The notes: generated by a model from the letters alone, not told the origin. A stretch of 64,000 bases of DNA from an uncultured bacterium (GCA_903839725.1 CAIMDG010000002.1:305117-369116), one strand, 5' to 3'. Positions 8,109 through 17,555 are shown, numbered from the stretch's first letter. Numbers and translations are program-made.

Positions 8109-9050
8109 ATGAAAAAAGTTACACATATTAATACATCAGGTTTTCTTCAGGTGGATGGACACAGTATCTACTATGAGGATTGGGGTAATCCACAAGCAAC
8201 TCCTATCTTATTTTTTCATGGCGGTCCTGGTGGTGGTTGTGATGAAAAACAGAAACTTTTGTATGACCCCAAGAAACAACGTGTTATTTTTCATGATCAA
8301 CGTGGTAGCGGTAGAAGTACTCCATTTGCAAGTATTGTGAAAAATACAACTCAAGACTTGATCGCTGATGCAGAGCGCATTCTCGATATATTGGGAATAG
8401 ATACTGTTATGGTGACAGGTGGATCATGGGGATCTGCACTTTCACTTTTTTACGCTATTGCACATCCAGAAAGAGTTACAAAAATCTTGATAGGAGGTGT
8501 ATTCTTGGCACGACAATTTGAAATTGATTTCGTGAATGATGGGAGGTTGCAAGCGTTCTTTCCGGCGGAATGGAAACGATTTGTTTCTCTTGTTCCTGTA
8601 GAGCATCGAAATGGCGGGAATGAGATTATGAAATATTATGCAGACAAAATAGCATCTACTGATACAGTGGAGGCTCAAAAATATGCCGATGAATGGACAC
8701 TCTGGGAGATGACTCTGTGTTCAATCAACTATGATCCAAAAAAATTGGAAGAGGGTATCATGGGTGACAAGAATAATATTGCGATTGCTGTCATTGAGAC
8801 ACATTATTTCTTGAACAAATGTTTTGTTCCTGAAAATTATATTATCGATAACATTCACAAGATCAAACATATACCATGCATGATAGTTCAGGGTCGTTTC
8901 GATATGTGTACGCCACCTATTTCATCGTATGACCTTGCACAGGCATATGGTGGCAGATTGACCCTACGATGGGCCAATGGGGGACATATGACGACAGATG
9001 CGGATCTTGGGGCTCGTTTGGATACGGCGATCAAGGAGTTTCTAGTGTAA
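8109..9050 (+). CDS. pip: proline iminopeptidase (S33 alpha/beta hydrolase)
   Basis: FFHGGPGGG near the N-terminus and GGSWGSALSLFYA nucleophile elbow. 313 aa. Confidence 0.8.
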   Translation: MKKVTHINTSGFLQVDGHSIYYEDWGNPQATPILFFHGGPGGGCDEKQKLLYDPKKQRVIFHDQRGSGRSTPFASIVKNTTQDLIADAERILDILGIDTVMVTGGSWGSALSLFYAIAHPERVTKILIGGVFLARQFEIDFVNDGRLQAFFPAEWKRFVSLVPVEHRNGGNEIMKYYADKIASTDTVEAQKYADEWTLWEMTLCSINYDPKKLEEGIMGDKNNIAIAVIETHYFLNKCFVPENYIIDNIHKIKHIPCMIVQGRFDMCTPPISSYDLAQAYGGRLTLRWANGGHMTTDADLGARLDTAIKEFLV

Positions 9051-9184
9051 TGAATACCTGTAGTATACTTATCTATATGACAAGCTTAGAAGTATACCTT
9101 GTTGAAGCAGGTGCAAGACCTACTTCAATGGACGGGGGGGGTATTATAAAGTGAGACCTAGATTCTAATAGCGTAATTATTGAT

Positions 9185-9490
9185 ATGGAAAAAATACCGG
9201 AAAATAACTTCTTCGATTCAAGTACAAGAGAATTTCTCAAAAAGTATGGTCTACAAAAGATTCAGTATAGTTTTTTTGATAAGTTTAGATTTATCATTAC
9301 TGCTGGACTTGGTCTTATATCAGCTCTTGCGTGGGATGAAACACTCAGGGCAATTTTCAATGACTGGTTTCCTGAGATGAGTCATGGATTGAGTAGCCTA
9401 TTGTATGCGACGAGCTTAACAATTCTCGCAACTATCGTTGGTCTGGTGCTTGGTCTTATTTCCAAGAAATCAAAAAATAAGAAAGACTAG
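9185..9490 (+). CDS. small membrane protein (hypothetical)
   Basis: 101 aa with two TM helices. A G8 tract lies 45-50 nt upstream (9134-9141). Confidence 0.45.
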   Translation: MEKIPENNFFDSSTREFLKKYGLQKIQYSFFDKFRFIITAGLGLISALAWDETLRAIFNDWFPEMSHGLSSLLYATSLTILATIVGLVLGLISKKSKNKKD

Positions 9491-10470
9491 AAGTGGTCTC
9501 GTGCACGTACACCACTTTTTTCCATTATTTCAGTCACATCAGCACTCTCTGCTTTATTGAATTGATTGGTGAGCTTCTTTTCTCGGATTGAATGAGCGTC
9601 AAATTCAAGAGTTCCAGGGGTATCATAGAATGTATCCCATTCACGTGAAAAACTTGTACCATGAGTGACGGCATTCAACGCCGCTTCTCCGATATTGGCG
9701 ATAGCTGTTGTATATGAAGCAAGAGGGGATTGTTTGAATTGTTCAGCGTGACTAGCTTCGGCAAGAAATTGACTGTACATCCTCAAACCCAAATCTTCAG
9801 GTGCAAGGTAAATAGTATTATTGACACTATTGTAGTGTTCACGATGTTTCTCTTTGCTGAGCGTTAGTAGTAGTGAATCCTCAGGTTTTTGCCATCGTAT
9901 ATAGGGACTACCACATGCCTTTTCTGTTTTCCAGAGTTCTTCATGGATATGCTTCATAAATATTGGATTTTCAATTACCCAATTTTTGACGTAATTGTAT
10001 TTGTGTCGTAACTGGGAATCTTTTGGAAGTGTGGAAATATAATATTCTATTTGTTTCGTATCCCATTGATTGATTCCTTGCGGCGATGTTATTTTCTTTT
10101 TTTCACACCATTCTGTGATGATATATCGAGCAATATACGCCTTTTCACTTTCAGTAAAAGACTCTTTGCCTGAAAGGGTATTTAAAATATGTTCCGTCTC
10201 TTTGTCGTTGTGACTCCACTTAGAATCTTCTTCAGTTTTGGAAGTTTTATCACGGAATTCATACGCATGATGCATCGCACATGCGGCAATTGTTGCGGCC
10301 ACAGCAATCTGGAGAGATTTGAATAGTTTTTTCCAGGTGGCTGGAGTAACTTCTTTTTCCTGTGTTTGTGGAGTTATATCTAGATTGATAGCCGATTCGA
10401 AATTGGCTACAGTACGTCGTTCCACTGATTGCGGTGTTTCAGGAATTGCTTCGAATGATGATTTTTCCAT
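9487..10470 (-). CDS. single-pass membrane protein, candidate anti-sigma factor by position
   Basis: About 50-aa cytoplasmic N-terminus, TM helix LQIAVAATIAACAM, about 250-aa extracytoplasmic part. Last gene of the sigma-factor operon. Confidence 0.3.
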   Translation of the reverse strand: MEKSSFEAIPETPQSVERRTVANFESAINLDITPQTQEKEVTPATWKKLFKSLQIAVAATIAACAMHHAYEFRDKTSKTEEDSKWSHNDKETEHILNTLSGKESFTESEKAYIARYIITEWCEKKKITSPQGINQWDTKQIEYYISTLPKDSQLRHKYNYVKNWVIENPIFMKHIHEELWKTEKACGSPYIRWQKPEDSLLLTLSKEKHREHYNSVNNTIYLAPEDLGLRMYSQFLAEASHAEQFKQSPLASYTTAIANIGEAALNAVTHGTSFSREWDTFYDTPGTLEFDAHSIREKKLTNQFNKAESADVTEIMEKSGVRARDHF

Positions 10471-10502
10471 ACAAGCAATTATAGCAATATTGTGTGGTTT
10501 TG

Positions 10503-10640
10503 TTAGCTTCGAATCAATCGTACGAGTATCATAATTACTGCAATAACAATAAGGATATGAATAAACCCACCAATAGTGTATGACGTTACGATACCGAGTA
10601 ACCAGAGAACTATAAGTATGATTGCGATTGTTGTTAACAT
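10503..10640 (-). CDS. 45-aa membrane protein (lmo0937-like small protein family)
   Basis: MLTTIAIILIVLWLLGIVTSYTIGGFIHILIVIAVIMILVRLIRS. Below the ORF-track size cut-off. Sits between sigma and anti-sigma-like genes. Confidence 0.45.
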   Translation of the reverse strand: MLTTIAIILIVLWLLGIVTSYTIGGFIHILIVIAVIMILVRLIRS

Positions 10641-10663
10641 ATATGTGTATTAGTTTTTAATAA

Positions 10664-11242
10664 TTATGCAAGACGATACAATAGTTTGAGCTTTTCGAGA
10701 CCTCTGTGCACCTGCACAGCCATCGTATTTTTTGTTTGTCCGGTAATGAGGGACATTTCTCGTAGAGTGAGATCTTGAACATATCTCATCTTCATGACTT
10801 TTCGATATACTTCAGGAAGTTTTTGAATTAAAAGGATTGCAACTTTTCCATCAAGAGTATTGAATAACCTTTCTGAATCATCAACACTTGGCTCAAACCC
10901 ACTTTCGAGAAGGGTATCAAGTGATGTCATTTTATTCTTTCTTTTACGGTATTCATCTATGATGAGGTGATTGAGGAATGCCTTCATGGTATTTATTTTT
11001 CCACCTTTAACTAAATACACCCATGTCTTTATGAAAGTCTCTTGCACCATATCTTCGCCGAGCATATGGTCATCTAACTTAAAGAAGGCATGCGCATTGA
11101 GGCCTTTTTCGTAGTCGTGGTGTGCCACGGTTAGTATTGCTTGTCTTTCAGTTTTTAATTGGAGAGTGCTCATATATGTCACACACCTGCAGTGTTCGAC
11201 AATCTGAGTAGGTTGGTAGCAGGTGACACTATATATGTTCAA
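10664..11242 (-). CDS. ECF-type sigma-70 family RNA polymerase sigma factor (probable start at Met 11173)
   Basis: Region-2-like ETFIKTWVYL and region-4 HTH MRYVQDLTLREMSLITGQTKNTMAVQVHRGLEKLK. Confidence 0.7.
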   Translation of the reverse strand: MNIYSVTCYQPTQIVEHCRCVTYMSTLQLKTERQAILTVAHHDYEKGLNAHAFFKLDDHMLGEDMVQETFIKTWVYLVKGGKINTMKAFLNHLIIDEYRKRKNKMTSLDTLLESGFEPSVDDSERLFNTLDGKVAILLIQKLPEVYRKVMKMRYVQDLTLREMSLITGQTKNTMAVQVHRGLEKLKLLYRLA

Positions 11243-11434
11243 GATGTAGACGGATCATCTACTACTTTTGTTGTGCGTCATATACAAACATACGGCCAAC
11301 TAGACGTTGCTCCTGAAATTTTTTATTCAAGTGATGGTAAAGCTCACCTCAATCTCATAACATGCGGTGGTCTGTGGAATAAAGTTACCAAAAGATATCC
11401 AGATAGGATTGTGGTATTCACGGATAAGATATAA
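11159..11434 (+). pseudogene. sortase-like C-terminal fragment
   Basis: VAGDTIYV...TFVV...LNLITCGG...KRYPDRIVVF matches the sortase beta6-beta8 catalytic Cys (TLxTC) and Arg region. The N-terminal half with TM anchor is missing. The 5' end overlaps the sigma gene on the other strand. Confidence 0.4.
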
Positions 11435-11479
11435 TTTGAGCATTCGATATCTTCTCAAAAATTGATATACTCTGTATAC

Positions 11480-11914
11480 ATGAAAAATTTTCAAAGAGGA
11501 TTCGTGAGTTTATTTTTAACAGCGATAGTTGGCACCATGTTTTCGGTCGTATTGATTTCATTAGACACCGCACGCTCAAAAGGGCAGGATGCCCGGATAC
11601 GAGCAAATCTGAGTTCTTTGAGACCTTCAGCAGAGATGTATTACGACAAGAATAAGATGAATTACTCCGTGGCTCATTCGTGTGATGAAGGTATGTTCGC
11701 AAATGATACAAATTTTGTAGCGTTCATTACTGACTTAAAGACCAAGACAAAAACGAATCTTACTTGTTTTGCTGAGGCATCAACATATGCTGTTTCCGCA
11801 TCTCTGAGTACTCCAGGAGAATATGTGTGCGTAGATAGTACGGGGTTTGTAGGTGCAGGTGTAGCTACAGACGAAAATTCAAAAACTTTTTGTAAATCTA
11901 ATTTAACAAATTAA
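11480..11914 (+). CDS. type IV pilin-like protein
   Basis: MKNFQRGFVSLFLTAIVG hydrophobic N-terminal helix, then ARSKGQDARIRANLSSLRPSAEMYYDKN, the pattern of Gram-positive/CPR-type pilins. Lacks the canonical Glu5. Confidence 0.45.
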   Translation: MKNFQRGFVSLFLTAIVGTMFSVVLISLDTARSKGQDARIRANLSSLRPSAEMYYDKNKMNYSVAHSCDEGMFANDTNFVAFITDLKTKTKTNLTCFAEASTYAVSASLSTPGEYVCVDSTGFVGAGVATDENSKTFCKSNLTN

Positions 11915-12086
11915 ATTTTGTTTAGATTACGTTGTACACACATTGCATTCTCTGTGCATACTGTCATAATCAATACCAGTCAGAAATTATTTTTGTGCGC
12001 ACGCGCATGGTCGTCGAGGAAATAATTTTTTCTGTTTAAAAACATCTCACTATTTATATATGCAGTATGGTTTGCATATAACTCAC

Positions 12087-12179
12087 ATGAAAAAGAAAAT
12101 TGTAAAGAAGTCTCGCGTCACTAAAACAAAGAAAGCGGTAAAGAAGGTCAAGAAGGGTAAGGCGAAGAAATCTCGATAG
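12087..12179 (+). CDS. 30-aa lysine-rich basic peptide
   Basis: MKKKIVKKSRVTKTKKAVKKVKKGKAKKSR with a strong terminator immediately downstream. Not in the ORF track because of size. Confidence 0.3.
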   Translation: MKKKIVKKSRVTKTKKAVKKVKKGKAKKSR

Positions 12180-12182
12180 TTC

Positions 12183-12212
12183 AAAAAATCTCCCTTCGGG
12201 GAGATTTTTTAT
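12183..12212 (+). terminator. rho-independent terminator
   Basis: AAAAAATCTCCCttcgGGGAGATTTTTT. Confidence 0.7.
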
Positions 12213-12838
12213 GTTCTCAGTAAGGAGTATAGTTTCAATCCACTTATACAAATCAGTTGTATTACTATGTTTACGAGTATGAGACTTAGTGCAATAAGTC
12301 CAAGTTGTATCAATATGGGTGATTGTATGAAAAATGCGAGAATCACAATGATCCATACATTCTTGATATCCTGTATGGAGGGACCAATCATTGCTCCAAT
12401 GTTGAGGAATAGTATAACTACGACCCACATCTGCCATTCCCATGGTTTCATTTGAGTAAGAAGATCGAGTGGTCCTATGTATAAGTCACTCCATTGTCCA
12501 GTAAGTGTTGCTATTGAGAAGTGATCAGCGAGAAGAACGTGGTTAATAATATACAAAAAACAGAGTCCGCCAAAAATTGGCGCTGACGATATGAGGAAAT
12601 TTCCTATAAGGGGAAGCTTTGATTTACTGTGTAATACGTGAGGTTGTGAGGAAAATACACTGAATTCCTGTATGCGTGCTCCAGTGAGAATGCAGAGAAT
12701 AGCATGAGAACATTCGTGGACAAAAGCCCCGATGTAATACATGAAGTGAGTAAACTTATAATTCAAGTAACGCCAATTCAGCCAGTTACTTATATAACCA
12801 AAACTGACAACAAGGATGATGATCAGGCCAAAACTCAT
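12209..12838 (-). CDS. polytopic membrane protein with HExxH motif (putative intramembrane zinc metalloprotease)
   Basis: FVHECSHAILC inside a TM segment. 6-7 TM helices. Confidence 0.4.
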   Translation of the reverse strand: MSFGLIIILVVSFGYISNWLNWRYLNYKFTHFMYYIGAFVHECSHAILCILTGARIQEFSVFSSQPHVLHSKSKLPLIGNFLISSAPIFGGLCFLYIINHVLLADHFSIATLTGQWSDLYIGPLDLLTQMKPWEWQMWVVVILFLNIGAMIGPSIQDIKNVWIIVILAFFIQSPILIQLGLIALSLILVNIVIQLICISGLKLYSLLRT

Positions 12839-12886
12839 GTATCAGTAGAATATCATAAAAATATGAAACTATGTTAAAATACTGCC

Positions 12887-13225
12887 ATGGGAGAACAAGC
12901 AACATTGGTACTTATAATTATCGTAACAGGTATTGTTGCGATCTCCATCGGATATCTATATCTGTCTGCGAATATTTTTGTAAGTGCTCTCAAAAAACCA
13001 ATCAGACTCGTTTCACTCGGCATGTTCCTTATTGATCTAGGAGTGCTTCTTGTTGGTGTTGTCTCATATGAGACATATGAGGGAATGGATGTATCATTCC
13101 TCAATATTTCGTTATCTCAATATTTTTATATTCTTTATGTTGCGGGTTCTGTATTTGTGATTTTAGGTGCTCGCAAATTCTCGCATCGACCAGCTCAAAA
13201 TCAGCAACTGAGTTCTCAGTCATAG
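12887..13225 (+). CDS. membrane protein (hypothetical)
   Basis: 112 aa with three predicted TM helices. Confidence 0.4.
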   Translation: MGEQATLVLIIIVTGIVAISIGYLYLSANIFVSALKKPIRLVSLGMFLIDLGVLLVGVVSYETYEGMDVSFLNISLSQYFYILYVAGSVFVILGARKFSHRPAQNQQLSSQS

Positions 13226-13226
13226 T

Positions 13227-13670
13227 ATGAACATCTCTATTATTGCTGTTGGGAAAAATCGCAACTACATAAGCGAGGAAGCAGTGCTCGAATATTCGAC
13301 TCGTCTCCAACATTACACTTCTATCGAATGGGTTTTTATTCCTGGGTCAGACACAGAAGAAGAAGGGAGGTTGATCGTAAAAGCAATTCCTGAACAATCA
13401 TACGTTGTTCTCTTGGATGAAAAAGGAAGATCATTTTCATCACCTCAATTAGCTGATTTTATTCAGAAACGTTTGAATGAAAGTGTGAAGCGTCTCGTAT
13501 TTGTTATTGGGGGAGCGCATGGGTTTGATGAGAGAGTTATCAAAAGGGCCCAGTTTAGCTGGTCACTGTCATCTCTTACATTTCCACACGAATTGGTCAG
13601 GACTATTCTTGCAGAAGCACTCTACCGTGCCTTTACCATTATTCAGGGAGAAAAATATCATCACATATAG
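13227..13670 (+). CDS. rlmH: 23S rRNA (pseudouridine1915-N3)-methyltransferase RlmH (SPOUT)
   Basis: 147 aa. IIAVGK...LVFVIGGAHGF...LSSLTFPH, the YbeA/RlmH pattern. Confidence 0.8.
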   Translation: MNISIIAVGKNRNYISEEAVLEYSTRLQHYTSIEWVFIPGSDTEEEGRLIVKAIPEQSYVVLLDEKGRSFSSPQLADFIQKRLNESVKRLVFVIGGAHGFDERVIKRAQFSWSLSSLTFPHELVRTILAEALYRAFTIIQGEKYHHI

Positions 13671-13710
13671 CGTATCTCTATTAGATAGATGACCATGATA
13701 TAATATACAC

Positions 13711-14334
13711 ATGATCTCTATAAATACCCCCAATAATCTCGGAGTGAAGGTGTATCACTTCTTTCTATATCGTAGTATGTTGCCAGCACTTGTTTGTTTA
13801 TTTGCTGCTGGAGTACTTGCGGTTATGGGAAAATCCTTAAACAATTTGATTCTCGATATTCTATCTATGTTTGCGCCAGTCAATATACTGTCTCAGCAAC
13901 TCACCACAACTTTTGTTTCTAATAGTTTTTTTGCATTGATTGCTATAGCCATTATTATTGCAATGGTCGCTTTTACTAAGAGTACTTTGCAATACAGAAA
14001 TTTTTCGTTTACGCTCGAGGAATTCAATATCAAGATAAAACGAGGTGTTTTGTCGACCACTGAAATATCTGTACCGTATCGTCAACTTCAAGATGTGGTT
14101 ATTGCTCGAGATATCAACTATAAGATGTTTGGTCTTTCTCGTTTGGTTCTTAACACGTTGAAGGATGATGAGAGTGGTGACCACAAATCAAGCCAGATTG
14201 TTTTGGAACCGATTGACGCTATTCTTGCAGATGAAGCTCGTCAGATTCTTGAAAGTAAGATAGGTGTTCATGTTATTGAACGAACACGTGACATTCCTGT
14301 GCAGGGTAGCGTAAATCCGACACCTCACTTATAA
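13711..14334 (+). CDS. membrane protein with bacterial PH (YdbS/YdbT-like) domain
   Basis: Two TM helices then FTLEEFNIKIKRGVLSTTEISVPYRQLQDVVIARDINYKMFGLSRLVLNT. Confidence 0.5.
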   Translation: MISINTPNNLGVKVYHFFLYRSMLPALVCLFAAGVLAVMGKSLNNLILDILSMFAPVNILSQQLTTTFVSNSFFALIAIAIIIAMVAFTKSTLQYRNFSFTLEEFNIKIKRGVLSTTEISVPYRQLQDVVIARDINYKMFGLSRLVLNTLKDDESGDHKSSQIVLEPIDAILADEARQILESKIGVHVIERTRDIPVQGSVNPTPHL

Positions 14335-14344
14335 TAGGCACACT

Positions 14345-14995
14345 ATGAATATAAAAAGAATCATATTTTGGATAGCATTTATCGTTGTACTTGGACTTAT
14401 TGTATGGGGACTTATTGTGGCTATGAATAAGCCAGTTACCAAGCAACCCCGATTGGGCACACCTGCAGAGGTTGTTGCTACAGACCATGTCCGTGGTCCT
14501 GTAAATGCACCTGTTACCCTCATTGAGTATAGTGATTTTCAATGTCCTGCATGTAAGGCATATTACACAGTGGTTGAACAATTGTTTGCTTCCTCTACAA
14601 ATCTCCGTGTTGTGTATCGTAATTTTCCTCTCTATCCACTACCACACCCAAATTCAGTAATTGCTGCACAGGCTGCTGAGGCAGCTGGTAATCAAGGTAA
14701 GTTCTGGGAAATGCATGATCTCCTTTTCTCAAATCAGCTCACTTGGGCAGAACTTTCAAAAGAGAAGGCAATTGACACGTTCAAGGAGTATGCCACAACC
14801 TTGAAATTGGATATTTCAAAATACAATACTGATTTCAACAGTCTTGTAGTAAAAGCCAAGATAGAAGCAAGTCGCACAGAAGGAGAGAGTCTCGGTATCG
14901 GTGGAACGCCAACATTCTTCGTGAACGGTACAGCAATCGTTAGCCCCCAAGGATATGAACCATTTAAAAAAATTATTGACGAGGCCGCTCGCTAA
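14345..14995 (+). CDS. DsbA-family thiol:disulfide oxidoreductase (membrane-anchored)
   Basis: N-terminal TM helix. YSDFQCPACKAY CPxC motif in a thioredoxin fold. Confidence 0.8.
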   Translation: MNIKRIIFWIAFIVVLGLIVWGLIVAMNKPVTKQPRLGTPAEVVATDHVRGPVNAPVTLIEYSDFQCPACKAYYTVVEQLFASSTNLRVVYRNFPLYPLPHPNSVIAAQAAEAAGNQGKFWEMHDLLFSNQLTWAELSKEKAIDTFKEYATTLKLDISKYNTDFNSLVVKAKIEASRTEGESLGIGGTPTFFVNGTAIVSPQGYEPFKKIIDEAAR

Positions 14996-15440
14996 TGTCT
15001 CTACGGGCCTAGTGATAGCCGCACTGGTTGTTGCGCTACTCGGTTTTGCTGATGCCACATACCTAACAGTGGAACACTATCAGGGAGTAATACCTCCATG
15101 TACAACTGGAGGATGTGAAATTGTACTTACAAGTGCATTTTCTACAGTCATGGGTATTCCTGTTGCACTACTCGGCTCAATTTACTACCTTTTGATTTGT
15201 ATTGGTTTATTCGCGTATCTTGATACGAGGAAAACTGCAATATTGAGAACAACGATGTTTCTTCCTTGTCTCGGATTCATTGGTTCTCTCTGGTTCATAT
15301 ATCTTCAGGCATTTGTGATCAAGTCGTACTGTCAGTATTGTCTCGTGTCAGCGGGAATATCCACGCTCCTTACCATTGTTACCGTATTTATCATGATTAG
15401 ATATCATGATCGTCCAACATCATTCAATGAAAACATCTAA
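14955..15440 (+). CDS. vitamin K epoxide reductase (VKOR)-family protein, DsbB analogue
   Basis: Four TM helices with PPCTTGGCEIV and CQYC redox motifs. Overlaps the DsbA gene end. Confidence 0.7.
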   Translation: MNHLKKLLTRPLANVSTGLVIAALVVALLGFADATYLTVEHYQGVIPPCTTGGCEIVLTSAFSTVMGIPVALLGSIYYLLICIGLFAYLDTRKTAILRTTMFLPCLGFIGSLWFIYLQAFVIKSYCQYCLVSAGISTLLTIVTVFIMIRYHDRPTSFNENI

Positions 15441-16335
15441 TATTCAGATTACACAATCAAGTGAAGGCTATGAACTCATCGACTCTGGTGATGGTGAAAA
15501 ACTCGAGCGTTTTGGTGCAGTTGTACTTTCTCGACCAGATCCTCAGGCTTTATGGAAAAAAATGTTGCCTGAGAGTGAATGGAAAAAAGCACATGGTCAT
15601 TTTGGGAGAAGTGGTACACCTCTTCCAGGGAATGAAGAGCGGGGGAGTTGGACACTGAAGACCGATGTTCCAGCAAAATGGGAGATACCTTTTGGTGGGT
15701 TGAAACTATGGATCAAACCAACTGCATTCAAGCATACGGGTCTTTTTCCTGAGCAATCCAAGAATTGGGAGTGGATGGAGGGTAAAATTAAATCTCAAAA
15801 ATTACATCTTAAAAATGATGACATCGAAGTCCTCAACCTTTTTGGCTATACCGGTGGAGCATCACTCGCATGTGCGCAAGCTGGTGCGAAGGTTGTTCAT
15901 ATAGACAGTTCGAAAGCTGCCGTAAATTGGGCACGTGAAAATGCCGAGGCTTCAGGACTCAAGGATTTACCAATTCGTTGGATTATAGAAGATGCACGAT
16001 TGTTTGTTGAACGTGAAATAAAGCGAGGAAGGAAATATGATGCCATTCTCATGGATCCCCCAGCATTTGGTCATGGTCCAACTGCAGAATTGTGGAAAAT
16101 TGAAAATAACTTTTTGGAACTTATTGAAAATTGTATGAAATTGCTCAAAGATGCACCAGTATTCTTTTTGATCAATGGATATTCTGCCGGATATTCAGCA
16201 ATTGCGTATGAAAATAATTTACTTGAATTGAAAGAGAAGTATGGAGGTAGTATTGAAATAGGGGAGTTGGCTATCGAAGAAACCAAGAATAAGCGTTTGT
16301 TACCATCTGGTATTTTTGCAAGGTGGTCAGCTTAA
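15406..16335 (+). CDS. class I SAM-dependent (rRNA) methyltransferase, RlmI/RlmK-like
   Basis: LNLFGYTGGASLACAQAGAKVVHIDSS (motif I) and ILMDPPAFG (motif IV). Confidence 0.6.
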   Translation: MIVQHHSMKTSNIQITQSSEGYELIDSGDGEKLERFGAVVLSRPDPQALWKKMLPESEWKKAHGHFGRSGTPLPGNEERGSWTLKTDVPAKWEIPFGGLKLWIKPTAFKHTGLFPEQSKNWEWMEGKIKSQKLHLKNDDIEVLNLFGYTGGASLACAQAGAKVVHIDSSKAAVNWARENAEASGLKDLPIRWIIEDARLFVEREIKRGRKYDAILMDPPAFGHGPTAELWKIENNFLELIENCMKLLKDAPVFFLINGYSAGYSAIAYENNLLELKEKYGGSIEIGELAIEETKNKRLLPSGIFARWSA

Positions 16336-16351
16336 ATGCTATGCTCATCGT

Positions 16352-17188
16352 ATGTCAGCTACCCTTATAGACGGCCGAATTGTACGAGATATACGGATTG
16401 CAAACCTGAAAGAGCGTTTGGCGACATTGTCGTATATACCTACACTTGCGATTATTCAAGTTGGAGATAGGCCTGACTCAACAGCTTTTATTCGTGCCAA
16501 AAAGGCATTTGCGCTCAAGATTGGTTTCAAGGAAAATCACATTAAGGTTGATGAGGGTATTTCAGAGAAAGAGCTTATTGATATTGTGAAGAGTTGTAAT
16601 ATTGACCCTGCTATCCACGGCATCATTGTGCAACTACCATTACCATTGCACATAGAACGAGATGCAATCATTGACGCCATCGATCCGCGCAAAGATGCTG
16701 ATGGACTTACTGCTATCAATACCAAGCGTTGGCTTGAAGGTAGGGAAGATGCTGTTATGCCTGCAACAGCTCGAGGTATTAGAGAATTATTTCGCTATTA
16801 CAATATCGATTTGTTCGGTAAGCCGGTAACGGTCGTTGGTAGATCGATGCTCGTAGGTAAACCTATTGCTGCAATGTGCTTGAATGAGAATGCGACCGTA
16901 ACTGTCTGTCACAGTAAAACTCCACATTTGGTAGAAGAAACAACAAAAGCTGATATTTTGATTGTTGCTACAGGTAGGCCCGGACTCATTCAGGCCAAAC
17001 ACGTAAAGAGAGGTGCAGTTGTTATAGACGTAGGTATTACTCGTACAGCTGAGAATATATTGACAGGGGATGTTGATTTTGATTCTGTAAAAGATGTTGC
17101 TGGTGCGATATCTCCAGTACCTGGAGGTGTTGGACCGATGACTGTGTGTGCATTGTTTGAGAATCTTATTGATTTGTGTAAGCAATAA
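16352..17188 (+). CDS. folD: bifunctional methylenetetrahydrofolate dehydrogenase/cyclohydrolase
   Basis: ATLIDGR...VQLPLP...DGL...VVGRSMLVGKP...PGGVGPMTV. ORF-track frame 16316 trimmed to ATG 16352. Confidence 0.85.
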   Translation: MSATLIDGRIVRDIRIANLKERLATLSYIPTLAIIQVGDRPDSTAFIRAKKAFALKIGFKENHIKVDEGISEKELIDIVKSCNIDPAIHGIIVQLPLPLHIERDAIIDAIDPRKDADGLTAINTKRWLEGREDAVMPATARGIRELFRYYNIDLFGKPVTVVGRSMLVGKPIAAMCLNENATVTVCHSKTPHLVEETTKADILIVATGRPGLIQAKHVKRGAVVIDVGITRTAENILTGDVDFDSVKDVAGAISPVPGGVGPMTVCALFENLIDLCKQ

Positions 17189-17196
17189 TTTATTGT

Positions 17197-17499
17197 ATGA
17201 AGAATATAGAACAACAGCCATTTGATCCTATTGCACATGACAATGAGGTTCGTGCACAATTTGAGGAATACAACAAAAAAGAGCAGGAAAAATTAGCAAA
17301 GATTCAACGCATGTTTGCACTTGCAAGAGATGTCGGTTCGGACATGGCGGTAGTCGAGCAATTAAGAGAAATGCGATTTGAAACATGGCAAGATGCTCTT
17401 GATTTCAAGGCATTCTGTGAAGAGAATGATCTTCCTGTGAAACTTGTTGAACCACCTACGTGGGATAAGGATCAAATATACAGAGTATTTCCTGTATAA
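17197..17499 (+). CDS. hypothetical protein
   Basis: 100-aa acidic ORF with no motif. Confidence 0.4.
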   Translation: MKNIEQQPFDPIAHDNEVRAQFEEYNKKEQEKLAKIQRMFALARDVGSDMAVVEQLREMRFETWQDALDFKAFCEENDLPVKLVEPPTWDKDQIYRVFPV

Positions 17500-17555
17500 G
17501 TGTAATGTTTATCTGGTATACTTGAAGTGTTACTAATTAGTAATCTATTTTTATT

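Noticed and set aside
12054-12443. Minus-strand ORF 12054-12443.
   Set aside because: Overlaps both the HExxH membrane-protein gene and the Lys-rich peptide gene. No support.
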